From the sequence record OP079919.1: 64,000 bases of DNA; one strand, 5' to 3'. The stretch's first letter is position 1, and every line of letters starts with the position of its first letter. A model generated the notes under the pieces. The model was not told the origin of the DNA and ran no database searches. It saw only the letters and a list, made by a program, of their open reading frames with translations. The position numbers and the translations under genes are program-made. The DNA is from Klebsiella phage KPN8. Below, piece after piece: positions 8,196 to 18,821 of this stretch.

Positions 8196-10076
8196 ATGAC
8201 CACACCAACTCAACTACCGATACCCAGTAGCAATTTGCTGGATTCGAGATTTAACTTTGAGAAGTTAGACCAGATAGTAAACTCAGATGCCGATTTCTAT
8301 TTGGACCGTTTTGGCAAACAACGTCTTACCGTTTTGGGCGCCACCAATCAGCTCATCCAAAGCCTGAAAGATCAAACTGGTGCCAACAATGTAACCTACG
8401 TCAAATCCAAGGTGGATAAAGTACTGTCATCGATAGGGTATTCCCTTGACGTCATTCCAATGAATATCTTTGACAAGGCTTATTTGTGTTCGGGAACTGA
8501 CAACCCAGATCCTAATACTTGGATCTGGACCGCCGCCCTGCAGGGCGTTTTATCGGATATCGCTTCTTATAAGCTTTTTACCCTCAACGGAAATGACTAT
8601 TATACAACTTTCTCCCTACGAATACCTGGAGGGGTTTATCAGATCGACGATCTGGTTAGTTTGGGTAAGGTAGCAGGGACTGGAGGAGGAGCATCCTTTA
8701 GGACCAACATCGTTATCAACGGAGATGGAAAAAGCAGTTCGGTTCTTCGTCTTATAGGTGATGATAAACAATTGTTTAAATTCACAGAAAGCCGTTTAGT
8801 CATGAGGGATATAGGGCTTCAAACTAACGGGGCTCGTAACATAGGGATGGAATTAGGCGATCAAAATAATTGGGTCCCGATGGCCCACTCCCATCTTGAC
8901 AATGTTTCGATTACCGGATTTTGTCGCGGATTGCTAATAAGCCATTGCTTTGACAGCACGTTCGATTCTTTATTCATATCCGAGATAGCCGATACGGGTA
9001 ATGCGGTTATACCCGCTACCGGTATTGAAATTGCGCAGTTTTTAGGAAAAGATTCCTCTAACAATCCAGATAACTCTAACCAACTGACGTTTATTAACTG
9101 TGTAGTTGAGACGGCTAGGACCGATAACGCTATTTTGTTTTACGTCAACGGAATTAGTAAAAGTTATCCCCACCACGCCATCAACTTCTTAGGTGGGCAC
9201 CTGGAAACCCATAGACGGAACACGGTCTGTTATAAATTTAACAACATGGCCCTGTCAACCTTCACAGGAGTGACATTCAGTCAGAACGGCACTGATTCTA
9301 CTAACCCTGTAAACGTTGGGGTAATAACTGACTCCTGGAATATTATCTTTAATGGCGGAAGAACAGTAACCAATAATGCTAAAAACACTTACGATGATAC
9401 TTGGGATAAATTGATAACCGTAGCGGGATCTAGCATGGGGATCACGTACATGAATCATCATTTTATTACCCCATACCAGACGTATTCTTCGTATAACCGT
9501 AATGCCAACACCGTGTTCAATTTTACCGGGGCGACCGCGGGAATAAACGCCATCGATGCCGATCGCTGTAGATTGAACGACTTCACGTTCAAGCCGTTCA
9601 CCAAATCTATAGAAATAACCAGAATGGATTTGATTACTCAGCGTTTCAGGATATCCGTAAACACTTCTGGTAGTCTGGTTTTCGCGTACTCTAATGATGT
9701 TACTGGCGCCGCCGCTATGACGGATTTGGTAACCATCACCAATACAGGGAATGCGACTTTTCTTGGGTCCGTTACGGCAACTAACGTAACCGGGACGTCC
9801 GATGAGAGGTTAAAAACAGAAATAGGAGAAGTTGATCAAGTTTTAATTGATGTTGTTAAAAGTCTACGGCCTAAGAAGTATCGACTGAAAAACGACCCCC
9901 AAAACAAAATTAGAGTGGGATTCATCGCCCAAGACCTAATAGAACTTATGGATAAAGCTGGATTGGATTTCAAGAAATACAGTATTATCGCAGAGTTTAA
10001 TATTCCTGGGGATGATTCAGAAAACACGTATTATTCCTTGGACTATGATGAAATAATGTTGTTAAGATCCTTGTAG
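8196..10076 (+). CDS. tail spike/fibre protein 1 with conserved N-terminal anchor and C-terminal intramolecular-chaperone (S74-like) domain
   Basis: Its N-terminus MTTPTQLPIPSSNLLDSRFNFEKLDQIVNSDADFYLDRFGKQRLT is shared with eight other genes in this window. The C-terminus DERLKTEIGEVDQVLIDVV...GFIAQDLIEL...YSLDYDEIMLL matches the auto-cleaving chaperone domain known from endosialidase-type tail fibres. Confidence 0.8.
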   Translation: MTTPTQLPIPSSNLLDSRFNFEKLDQIVNSDADFYLDRFGKQRLTVLGATNQLIQSLKDQTGANNVTYVKSKVDKVLSSIGYSLDVIPMNIFDKAYLCSGTDNPDPNTWIWTAALQGVLSDIASYKLFTLNGNDYYTTFSLRIPGGVYQIDDLVSLGKVAGTGGGASFRTNIVINGDGKSSSVLRLIGDDKQLFKFTESRLVMRDIGLQTNGARNIGMELGDQNNWVPMAHSHLDNVSITGFCRGLLISHCFDSTFDSLFISEIADTGNAVIPATGIEIAQFLGKDSSNNPDNSNQLTFINCVVETARTDNAILFYVNGISKSYPHHAINFLGGHLETHRRNTVCYKFNNMALSTFTGVTFSQNGTDSTNPVNVGVITDSWNIIFNGGRTVTNNAKNTYDDTWDKLITVAGSSMGITYMNHHFITPYQTYSSYNRNANTVFNFTGATAGINAIDADRCRLNDFTFKPFTKSIEITRMDLITQRFRISVNTSGSLVFAYSNDVTGAAAMTDLVTITNTGNATFLGSVTATNVTGTSDERLKTEIGEVDQVLIDVVKSLRPKKYRLKNDPQNKIRVGFIAQDLIELMDKAGLDFKKYSIIAEFNIPGDDSENTYYSLDYDEIMLLRSL

Positions 10077-10080
10077 TTTG

Positions 10081-10160
10081 GGAAATTGGGGGCGTATTTT
10101 TAACTAACGTACCATAACGTCCCCCCCCCACTCCAATTTAGTCAAACAAAGGGTGTTATG
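10081..10160 (+). repeat. conserved ~80-bp upstream element, copy A, containing a C9 tract (10121..10129) inside an inverted repeat AATTGGGGG / CCCCCAATT
   Basis: Aligns along its length with 22505..22580. Both copies end in ...AGTCAAA(C/T)AAAGGGT...ATGATGAC, the start of a tail-spike gene. Confidence 0.8.
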
Positions 10161-12299
10161 ATGACGACTCCAACTAAGAACGACATTCCAAGCAATAATT
10201 TGTTGGATGCTCGTTTTAACTTTGAAAAGCTCGATCAGATTGTTAATAGCGACGCGAACTATTACCTTGATCGATTTGGTAAACAACGACTCACTTCGGC
10301 CGGATTGGAAGATTTAGCCAGACGATTATCTGAAGATTATGAATCCACCCTATCTAATCAGGATGGGTATAAGAAAATGGGGATGGTGTCTGATTTTACT
10401 ACTCTCAGAACTATCGCCCCAACAATGGAAGGTCAACGCATTCTGCTCAGGTCGGTTGACGCTGGTTCGAATAATGGATCGGGAGAGTTTATAGGACATT
10501 TAGGGAGCAATGGGGTTGACGACGGGGTTAATGTCGCGGTGGGATCCAACTTCTATTGGGAGAGGCTTTCGACTGATTTTGTTAAATCTTCTTCTATAGG
10601 TGATTACACTCGGATTAACTCCTTTATTTCAGCCGGAAATAAGAAGATCACTGTCGATGCCGATCTCAGCGGGTGGCTTAACGTCAAAAGTAACACCACG
10701 ATAACTTTTAACCCATTGTGTCGGCTGATACCTGATACCGATGACAAAGTCGGCATAAGTATTAGAGGAGCCGCCCCAACCTCCTATGTTAATCTAGCTA
10801 CTGATGCATTAGGGATAGATGGCTCAATTACCACCACTAATGACGTTTTTAACATTGGTGATTGGCTGGAAATTAGATCCAACAAGGTTCTTCCCGGCGC
10901 GAATTTTTATCAGGTTAAGCAATCTGTTTTACGCAAAGTGCTTCGTAAAACACAAAATGGAAATGGAACTTGGACATACCGTCTCCACAGTAGTTTAGGT
11001 TATAACTTTAACGTCAGCGACGGTGCTTCCGCTGGGGTTGCGACAGTATTGGAAAATATTGTTATCGATGGGGCTAACTTAAATAAAGACAATTTCACCA
11101 ATATCTTCACCATAGGGATAAACTGTTATTACGTTTATAACCTCACTATAAAAAATATCAACCTATTCGGAACAAAAGTAAAGGATTCTGCCTCAGACAC
11201 TCCAGGAAGATCCGGAATAAAACTGTATAATTGCGTTAACGTTAGAATCGATAATGTGAACGCCTCTTATATAGGGTGGTATGGTGTAGAGGTTATGGGA
11301 TGCAGTGAAAACGTAGATGTAAATCGTTTATACGGTGTGGATTGTCGACATACCGTTTCCATGAACTGGATCGAATCTGGCGACCTTTATGGTGGGCCTA
11401 TGTGGGTTTCGGTAAGGAACTCAGCAAGTCACGCTGCAAGATTAAGTGGGTTTGACACTCATGATCTAGGAAAGGGGATCGCATTTATTAATTGCCAGAG
11501 TTTCGATTCTGGTGATGATGGATTCCAAGTAAGGGCGATGGACACCGTTCTAATCGATTGCCATGCTGAAGGATCGACACTTGATGGCTTCGGCGGCGCT
11601 ACTGGCGCAAAGAACAGCAAATTAGTAAACTGTTCTTTCAACTACAACGTCAGATACGGAATTAATTTAGGTTATGAAGGCGGTATTGTTATCGACTGTG
11701 ACGTCGATAATAACGGTTACATGGGGATTTGTACCATCGGCGGACTCATTCAAGGAGGGTCGGTCACCAATAATTATCCGGCTGCTATCGATATAGGCGC
11801 CGGATTTAATGCCGCCCAAACCGATCTCAAAATCGATGGTGTTAGAATGCCCTCTTCGACCGCCCAGACAAAAATTTTGAGTTTTGCTGGTGACGCGGTA
11901 GCCGCTAACAACAAACCTGAGTTGGTTAGAATGGAAAATTGTTACGTTCCTGGTTACGGAAGAGATTGGGTCAGACTGGTATCGTTCACCGTCCAACCTT
12001 TACCCCCGGTGCTTAATAATAATCTACTTACTTCCAGCTTAACCTCCCCTGGAAAAATAAGCGGGCAAGTCCAATTATCTGCAGGGACAGCCACGGTGAC
12101 AACCACAGAGGTTTTCTCACAACTTGGTAGCGGTGCAAATGTTTTAAAATACTCATCGCAGATTAAGTTGAAACCTATCGCTCGTTCTGCCAATATAGGC
12201 GCTCATTATGTTTCAGCAATCAACAACGGGACGTCCTTTGTAATCAATTCAACCAATTCCTCGGATGGCTCGACCATTTATTGGGAAATAACACTTTAA
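10158..12299 (+). CDS. tail spike protein 2 (right-handed beta-helix depolymerase-like)
   Basis: Conserved N-terminus MMTTPTKNDIPSNNLLDARFNFEKLDQIVNSDANYYLDRFGKQRLT. Repetitive N/G/V-rich beta-helix-like segments (NVRIDNVNASYIGWYGVEVMGCSENVDVN). Confidence 0.75.
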   Translation: MMTTPTKNDIPSNNLLDARFNFEKLDQIVNSDANYYLDRFGKQRLTSAGLEDLARRLSEDYESTLSNQDGYKKMGMVSDFTTLRTIAPTMEGQRILLRSVDAGSNNGSGEFIGHLGSNGVDDGVNVAVGSNFYWERLSTDFVKSSSIGDYTRINSFISAGNKKITVDADLSGWLNVKSNTTITFNPLCRLIPDTDDKVGISIRGAAPTSYVNLATDALGIDGSITTTNDVFNIGDWLEIRSNKVLPGANFYQVKQSVLRKVLRKTQNGNGTWTYRLHSSLGYNFNVSDGASAGVATVLENIVIDGANLNKDNFTNIFTIGINCYYVYNLTIKNINLFGTKVKDSASDTPGRSGIKLYNCVNVRIDNVNASYIGWYGVEVMGCSENVDVNRLYGVDCRHTVSMNWIESGDLYGGPMWVSVRNSASHAARLSGFDTHDLGKGIAFINCQSFDSGDDGFQVRAMDTVLIDCHAEGSTLDGFGGATGAKNSKLVNCSFNYNVRYGINLGYEGGIVIDCDVDNNGYMGICTIGGLIQGGSVTNNYPAAIDIGAGFNAAQTDLKIDGVRMPSSTAQTKILSFAGDAVAANNKPELVRMENCYVPGYGRDWVRLVSFTVQPLPPVLNNNLLTSSLTSPGKISGQVQLSAGTATVTTTEVFSQLGSGANVLKYSSQIKLKPIARSANIGAHYVSAINNGTSFVINSTNSSDGSTIYWEITL

Positions 12300-12357
12300 C
12301 CTTTGCTGGATGGTGATTGGTCGACGCCGGTCTAAAACTAATTTGTTAGGGTCATTT

Positions 12358-12391
12358 AAAATCCAACCGGTCTTAAGACCGGTTGGATTTT
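12358..12391 (+). terminator. rho-independent terminator (AAAATCCAACCGGTCTTAAGACCGGTTGGATTTT)
   Basis: Perfect palindrome with a T-run, immediately downstream of the stop of tail spike 2. Confidence 0.7.
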
Positions 12392-12433
12392 ATGCTTACC
12401 GATATTTCAACCTTCCTGACCCGAGGAATAGCA

Positions 12434-14665
12434 ATGACTTTACCAACGCAAAAACCTATTCCGAGTTCATCCATAACTGATCAATTATTTAATGCCGAAA
12501 AGATAGATCAGGTTGTTAACTCGGATGAACTAGAATATTCCGATCGTTTCGGAAAGAAACGATTCACCTTTTCAGGATTATACAACGTTGTACAGAATTG
12601 GATCAGCAGTTTGGGGTCAAGTTCCGGGGCGTCAGCTGTAGGTCTTAGCCAGGGCGGTACGGTTCAGGCCGGTCTCTACAACGTTGTTAATGTCGAACAA
12701 TTCGCTTATCTCAATACTTCAGATGATGATTGGGGTCCGGCTTTTAGAGGGGCCAGGGATAAAGCAATCGAGATATCTGCTCCGGTCGTTACTTTTAAAG
12801 GTCAGTACAAAATAAAAGTAAGCTCCGGTCCGACCACTCACACCCTGCCTTTCGACGACGGAACTTACGATACAAGAAGAACTGGCGAAGTTTTACTTTC
12901 TCCAGAAACCTTGAATACAATGCCTGTAGGATTGGAATGGCCTTCCGGACTCTCCCTTAAATCAGACGGGATCGGAAATAACTCAATTACTTTCGATTGG
13001 GATAATGCCACTGTTGGGCTGTCTCAGGGGATTGGTATCTGCATCAGGGTCAGAAACTGGGACGGAACTTATCTTGCTAAGGCCGGGTCAGTTAATCGCA
13101 TGAATAGCGATATAGCCAATGTGGAGTTTGATGGGTTTAGCGTAAATAATGCCTTTATCGGAATACTGGCCGACGGTATCGTGGGATCAGTCAGTTGGGG
13201 CAGTCTCCAGTTTAAGAAATGTTTCTTACCTATGACTTGGCAGGGCGCCGACAGATGCACGATTAAGAAACTGAGATTTACAGATTGTCCTACCGGATTC
13301 TCGGTAGGTGGATGGTGGCTGACCCGTAACGACATATCAGGATCCAATACCGGATTGGGGGTCCCGCCTTACATTGCAGGAACCGACGTGTACTGCATCG
13401 GATGGATGGACTTCGTTAAAATTGAATCTCTGGAGTACTCTAATAGTACTTCGTTTGACAATTCCCCGTTGTTTGCCGCGGTAGATACTTTCTTCGACAC
13501 CTATTTCTACAAAAGCGCGAACAGCGCTAGAACTGCTAGTGGTGGTCGATGCACTAATACAGGCCCTAACCTAACTAGCGCGAGTACGTTAGCGGCAGAT
13601 TCTCCGTTCTTAGGTATCGCCGGGCGCGCTCACTCACAAATGGGGCGTTACCACCGAAATCACATCTTGAATGAAATTATTTCTCTCAAGACGTGGGGAT
13701 GTTTCAGGGCATCAGTCCTTACCACTGCTAATGGAAACTCGGAGCTCAACGTCCCGGGGTGCATAGTGGGTACCGCGTACATCGAACAGGCCTGTAAGGT
13801 CACGGTTGGCGGTGACGCCACGGTGGGGGGAAGTAATGACTTCGTTACATCAGGTAAAGATGTTTGGAAAGGGACAAAAACTTATTCTAAGTATTATGCT
13901 GGTGAAGGATCCGTAATCGTTAAAGATGGATGGTCTGTTAATAGTTTGGGGTTGTTCCCGTCAGCGCGGACTGTTGCAAGAAATGATAATGGGTATAATA
14001 ACAGACTAAGAAGAACAATTGTCGACGATGGCACAGGGAAACCGGTCATACTCGAACAGCTTTCTGAAACGGTCTATGCGACCCCTCCTCAGAAATTTAT
14101 TCCTAACGCCGTGGGTTCAGTAGACGACAAATATTACTGGGTTCAACTAGAAAAGAACGTCTCTTCAAAGGCTACTATTTATTCTGGTGTTCCAACGACG
14201 GCGGCGCAAACACCTATAACCTCTCCGGCCATTAAAGTAATAATGGAACGTTTAGGTAACAGAGTTAAATTAAAAATTAATTTGGATGCGTCAAATTACG
14301 CAGCCGGCGGCAGTAATCCGGTGGTAATCGGATTTACTGGGGTCTATAAACCTATTCTTACTGCAAGTCCCGATTACGCCCTTGGGGCGTACGGTCCGGT
14401 GAGACCCATAATGGTCAGCACCAAAACATTTACAGTTACCGATTCTACTTCAGTGAGTCGGACGTTTAGGATCGAGCCGGTCGCGCATCAAGCTGGGGTA
14501 TTCACTGATGGCGGCGGGGTTAATAATTACTACTTTGTTTTGCTCACCCAGCATCATACTTCTGACACTAATAGACTGTTGTGGTCGGATTTCACCGGTT
14601 CGTTATGTCAGATAGAAATAGAATATGATACGAATGACGCTATCACTTCATCCAGCGTATTTTAA
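12434..14665 (+). CDS. tail spike protein 3
   Basis: Start set at MTLPTQKPIPSS, which restores the conserved N-terminus. The track start at 12383 lies inside the terminator hairpin. SD GAGGAATAGCA upstream. Confidence 0.75.
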   Translation: MTLPTQKPIPSSSITDQLFNAEKIDQVVNSDELEYSDRFGKKRFTFSGLYNVVQNWISSLGSSSGASAVGLSQGGTVQAGLYNVVNVEQFAYLNTSDDDWGPAFRGARDKAIEISAPVVTFKGQYKIKVSSGPTTHTLPFDDGTYDTRRTGEVLLSPETLNTMPVGLEWPSGLSLKSDGIGNNSITFDWDNATVGLSQGIGICIRVRNWDGTYLAKAGSVNRMNSDIANVEFDGFSVNNAFIGILADGIVGSVSWGSLQFKKCFLPMTWQGADRCTIKKLRFTDCPTGFSVGGWWLTRNDISGSNTGLGVPPYIAGTDVYCIGWMDFVKIESLEYSNSTSFDNSPLFAAVDTFFDTYFYKSANSARTASGGRCTNTGPNLTSASTLAADSPFLGIAGRAHSQMGRYHRNHILNEIISLKTWGCFRASVLTTANGNSELNVPGCIVGTAYIEQACKVTVGGDATVGGSNDFVTSGKDVWKGTKTYSKYYAGEGSVIVKDGWSVNSLGLFPSARTVARNDNGYNNRLRRTIVDDGTGKPVILEQLSETVYATPPQKFIPNAVGSVDDKYYWVQLEKNVSSKATIYSGVPTTAAQTPITSPAIKVIMERLGNRVKLKINLDASNYAAGGSNPVVIGFTGVYKPILTASPDYALGAYGPVRPIMVSTKTFTVTDSTSVSRTFRIEPVAHQAGVFTDGGGVNNYYFVLLTQHHTSDTNRLLWSDFTGSLCQIEIEYDTNDAITSSSVF

Positions 14666-14680
14666 CATTTAAGGTGTGAT

Positions 14681-16441
14681 ATGACGCTCCCAACTCAAAA
14701 CGCTGTTCCTAGTTCAGCTAAGAACGACCAGCTCTTTAATGCTGAAAAAATAGATCAGGTCGTCAATAGTGACGACCTCCAGTACACAGATCGCTTCGGT
14801 AAGAAGCGATTTACTTTCTCTGGTTTATACAACATAATCCAAACATGGGTTGCGAGTTTAAGTGATACCACCGGAGCAGGATCGGTCGGGATCGCGCAAG
14901 GGGGGTACATCCAGCAATCTCTTTTGGAAGTGACACCGATGATGCAAGGTGCCGTAGGAGACGGCGTCGCTGATGACTCACAGGCGTTGATCAAAACATT
15001 TACTACTGCTAAAACACTTGGATTGCGGGTTAAAATAGATCGCGCTTATCTTTGCTCCTCAGCGCTTGCCGTTTCTGGACCGCTATACTTAGAAGGAATC
15101 AACCCGGAAACAGGAAAAATTATTTTTACAAATAAAGATGACTTCGGTCTTTACATTACTCAGATCAAATCCACAGACTTCATAACCATAAAAAATATCA
15201 GCATTACGGCCGGAGCTAAAATCGTTAATCCAAAGGGCCTCCTAACCATCGACGGAAGCTCTCAATTAACAACTGATCAGTCGGCAGGCAAATACCTCTT
15301 AGCAGATAGGACAATCCGCCGCGGGCTGTTGGATAATGTTAATCTCGATTGCCTTAGTGGGAACTACGCGGTTAACTACCTTAACATTATTTCATGGATG
15401 AATTATTCCGTTAGAAACATATTGATAAGAGGGTCAAGGGACAACCTGTCGGCGCTCACTAATGGAATACTTTTAAACGGCGATGGTTTCCCCGTCGACA
15501 TCCACATGACCGACCTTTTGATGTATAACCTAGGTCGGGCTATTAACTCCGTGGATTACGTGGAAGGACTCCACATTTCAGAGTTTGAATTTGTAAACGT
15601 TTTAAGGGGGATTAGCGCCGATTACGACTCAAATTATTCCAAACTCAGCTCATCGGTATGCGGATGTTACGGACCTATGATTCACACGGGTCATGTAAAC
15701 CTGGGAACGATGACTGGCGCTGACTCATGCATTTACATTAAAAATACTGTCACTCCTCGTATCAAAGATCTTTTGCTTTTCAATAGCGCCGGCGCTGCCG
15801 TCACAAACAGTTACGGGGTTTACGTTTACGGATCAACCAGCGGTGGGGAAATATCCAGCGTTTATGTTGCGGGTGGTGGTGCCGCCAACACGAAGACCAA
15901 TAATTATTCAATTAGAGTATATGGCGCCAATGGATTAAACATCAAGGACTGTACCGGAAGCTATGCGGGAGCCGTAGTGTATCTTGAAGGGGTTTCCACT
16001 AACTGTGTCATATCAGGAAATAGTGGTATCAGCACCACTAACGTCGTTTATATTTTCAGTGCCAATAACGCCAACAATAAAATAACTTCTGATAACTCGG
16101 GAATAGGAATCACGGATAAGGTGGTCGGCGGAGATCCTAGCGGGTCTTATGTGGAACCTCTAATCTGGCAGAGGAAGTACACACTGAATTTAGCCGCGGC
16201 CAAAGATGCCGGGACGTCTTTCACTTTTAACGTCCCGATTCCCGGGGGAAATTTTGGTGTTGCTCCAGATGCCGCTTTCGCGACATTACCCTCCAATCTT
16301 ATCGGACAATTTTCATATAACCCTTCGGCCAGTTCAGCAACAAGTCTGAATGTAACCATTTATTTTATCTCGGCCGCAGCCATAGGGAGTTACGATATTT
16401 TAATTTCGGCAGCTGGTTTTGGCGTAAGCAGAACGCAATAA
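14681..16441 (+). CDS. tail spike protein 4 (pectate-lyase-3-like beta-helix)
   Basis: Conserved N-terminus MTLPTQNAVPSS...DRFGKKRFTFSGL, paralogous to spike 3. Motif QGAVGDGVADDSQALIKTF resembles the GxxGDGxTDD signature of pectate-lyase-superfamily phage depolymerases. Confidence 0.75.
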   Translation: MTLPTQNAVPSSAKNDQLFNAEKIDQVVNSDDLQYTDRFGKKRFTFSGLYNIIQTWVASLSDTTGAGSVGIAQGGYIQQSLLEVTPMMQGAVGDGVADDSQALIKTFTTAKTLGLRVKIDRAYLCSSALAVSGPLYLEGINPETGKIIFTNKDDFGLYITQIKSTDFITIKNISITAGAKIVNPKGLLTIDGSSQLTTDQSAGKYLLADRTIRRGLLDNVNLDCLSGNYAVNYLNIISWMNYSVRNILIRGSRDNLSALTNGILLNGDGFPVDIHMTDLLMYNLGRAINSVDYVEGLHISEFEFVNVLRGISADYDSNYSKLSSSVCGCYGPMIHTGHVNLGTMTGADSCIYIKNTVTPRIKDLLLFNSAGAAVTNSYGVYVYGSTSGGEISSVYVAGGGAANTKTNNYSIRVYGANGLNIKDCTGSYAGAVVYLEGVSTNCVISGNSGISTTNVVYIFSANNANNKITSDNSGIGITDKVVGGDPSGSYVEPLIWQRKYTLNLAAAKDAGTSFTFNVPIPGGNFGVAPDAAFATLPSNLIGQFSYNPSASSATSLNVTIYFISAAAIGSYDILISAAGFGVSRTQ

Positions 16442-16554
16442 TCTTTTAGTATTTAATAGATTGAGGGCGTGTAATCGATAATAACTGAGGGATGATGATT
16501 AAATTTATATTACGTCGACTTCATCCCAGATTGATCGTCATTTAGGAGTTTTCA

Positions 16555-18696
16555 ATGACACAGCCAACTCAGAATCCTATTCCCAGTGGGAATATACTGG
16601 ATCAGATTTTTAACGCAGAAAAGATAGATGAAGTTGTCAACAGTGGCAGCGAGCAATATACGGATAGGCTGGGAGTTAAAAGATTCACTATAGCCGGACT
16701 CACTGCTTTAGTCAGAAATTTGATCAATTCGATATCGGGGAATACTGGCGGAGGGAACGTAGGATTAGCTAATGATGAAATGCTTCAGTCTTATTTGGAT
16801 AAGTACGAAAATGCGTCATGCTCGATCTTCAAGTTCCTTTCCCCAGAAGAAGCTAGAAATGCGAATTTAAAACTTCTCGTCAATATAGACCAGGCAGTTG
16901 CCTCCGCAGCCGATGCTGGCGTGAGTTCCATTAAACTCCCACCCGGACACTTTGAGTTTAATACCACCACAATGCTTTATAATGTTTGTATTGTGGGTAG
17001 TAATGAATCAGAAGCCCCAGATCTTCAACTCGAAGCGACAGATGGCTCTTCAGGGAAGTTATCACTGAATACCAAAGGTACCGTATTGCACCTTACTGGT
17101 AATTCCGCAGCAAATGGCATCACCTTTAATACGAATACCCCGTCGTCTTCTGTAGTTGGGGTAAGCCGTTGTTCTGTTTATTATCCCGATCAAGACTGGG
17201 CCAACTGGTCAGTGGGAGGGACAGATATAGATGGCGTGACTTATTATCAGCCGACGGTGTACCCGGCGGCGTTTATAATAAACGGTGGAATGCGGGCTTT
17301 CTTCGATAAAGTCTTTTTTATCAACGCATATCAATGGATAGAAATAAGAGACACCCAAATACCGATGATCGGTAAGATAGCGGGAACCCTCATCAATCGT
17401 GGTGTTCAGATCACACGTATGGGAGCGGGAGGATACACGGATACGGTTAACTCCTATCCTTTCTGGACATGGGCTTGTGGGTTTAGGGGTAACTCCATGC
17501 GAGCCAACCTGTACCAAACCTTTAAGGGAATTTGTTATGAGGTAGGTAACGATGACGGAACGACGCGAACTGTAGAACAGATGCTGATTAATCGTCTTAA
17601 CGTTATCGGGTGTGCGGACGGACTCATTTGTGGTGGAAAGGGCGTGACGCTCAATAGCGCTAAATTCGATAACTGTATGCGAGCCATCACGGTTAACAGT
17701 TTGGATAATTCTGCTTACCACAGTTTCAGCAATGTCTGGGCGTCGTGTTATTACAATAACAATTATGTGTTTAAACAGAGAACTGATGGGAGCGTTTACG
17801 TTTTCTCTACGAATAGTTCGACCCCTGTAAATATTAATAATTTTAATGTTGTAAGATCCGACGGTATAGGGATAAACATGCCGTATGCCTCTGGGTCAAA
17901 CATCAGTAATGTGGTCATTCAACAATTGGGTTGGAAAGGGTTTGTTTTGGGTTCTGCCGGAAGAAGCACAGACGTGTTGAATGTTAACACGTGTAATGTG
18001 AACTTTTATACCGGGGATTCGGCTTTAACCCAGATAGGTTATGAGATTGGCGATTTTGTAAGATGCTCGATTAAAGGACTGCAGTACAAAGGTGGGAGTA
18101 ACGTAACGCCTTACGTCATGACAGGGACATTGAATCCGTACGAATCCGGCAAAGAAATAGATTTAAGTTCTCTCGACGGCCCGCTTTATAAAGGGGTAAG
18201 CCAGTCTATCGTTTCTGTTATTCGTGGGAGAATACGCCGTCTTGTGGGGGTAACAGCAAGTTCTACAGACAGTGTTCTCGTGACATCGTTATCGGGGACT
18301 AATACCGGCGGTACAGCTTTAAACTGCGGCGTGGGTGTAAGAAACACGGTATCAACCGGAAATGGCCATGGGGTGTTAGTACTTTATTCGTCTAAGGCGG
18401 GAGAGCTCGTTGAGACAGCAGAAGTTTTTAACGACGGAGCCGTTTTAGGGGTCAGGCCGCGATCAACAACTGCCGTGCTAGGAGATACGAGTAACCCTTG
18501 GAATTCGGCGGATATAAAAACCATCAGGGCGACCTCGTCGATTACACTTAACGGCAATCCAGTTGGGGTTAAAGTTAGTGTGCCGGCGTCAGCTACCGCC
18601 ACTGGAGTGGTAGGTCAGTGGGCGGCCGATACGACCTATATCTATATTTGTGTGGCCACCAATACTTGGGTGAGGGCCAGTTTAGCAACCTGGTAA
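16555..18696 (+). CDS. tail spike protein 5
   Basis: Conserved N-terminus MTQPTQNPIPSGNILDQIFNAEKIDEVVNS...DRLGVKRFT. TTTAGGAG SD motif upstream. Confidence 0.75.
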   Translation: MTQPTQNPIPSGNILDQIFNAEKIDEVVNSGSEQYTDRLGVKRFTIAGLTALVRNLINSISGNTGGGNVGLANDEMLQSYLDKYENASCSIFKFLSPEEARNANLKLLVNIDQAVASAADAGVSSIKLPPGHFEFNTTTMLYNVCIVGSNESEAPDLQLEATDGSSGKLSLNTKGTVLHLTGNSAANGITFNTNTPSSSVVGVSRCSVYYPDQDWANWSVGGTDIDGVTYYQPTVYPAAFIINGGMRAFFDKVFFINAYQWIEIRDTQIPMIGKIAGTLINRGVQITRMGAGGYTDTVNSYPFWTWACGFRGNSMRANLYQTFKGICYEVGNDDGTTRTVEQMLINRLNVIGCADGLICGGKGVTLNSAKFDNCMRAITVNSLDNSAYHSFSNVWASCYYNNNYVFKQRTDGSVYVFSTNSSTPVNINNFNVVRSDGIGINMPYASGSNISNVVIQQLGWKGFVLGSAGRSTDVLNVNTCNVNFYTGDSALTQIGYEIGDFVRCSIKGLQYKGGSNVTPYVMTGTLNPYESGKEIDLSSLDGPLYKGVSQSIVSVIRGRIRRLVGVTASSTDSVLVTSLSGTNTGGTALNCGVGVRNTVSTGNGHGVLVLYSSKAGELVETAEVFNDGAVLGVRPRSTTAVLGDTSNPWNSADIKTIRATSSITLNGNPVGVKVSVPASATATGVVGQWAADTTYIYICVATNTWVRASLATW

Positions 18697-18703
18697 TAAT
18701 TAT

Positions 18704-18735
18704 TACTCCTTCTCCGGTTAACCGGAGAAGGAGTA
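18704..18735 (+). terminator. hairpin TACTCCTTCTCCGGTT-AACCGGAGAAGGAGTA
   Basis: 16-bp perfect palindrome after the stop of spike 5. A second hairpin, AGACTTGCGCAAGTCT, follows at about 18772. Confidence 0.55.
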
Positions 18736-18821
18736 ATAGATACGTCCGATTTTATGCTGATCTAAATTCAGTAGACTTGCGCAAGTCTTTTATACTACAT
18801 TCTTTTTAAAGGAGTAACCTC

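Noticed and set aside
12383-12433. Upstream extension of tail spike 3 (track start at 12383)
   Set aside because: That ATG lies inside the terminator hairpin of the preceding gene. The conserved anchor N-terminus and the SD begin at 12434.
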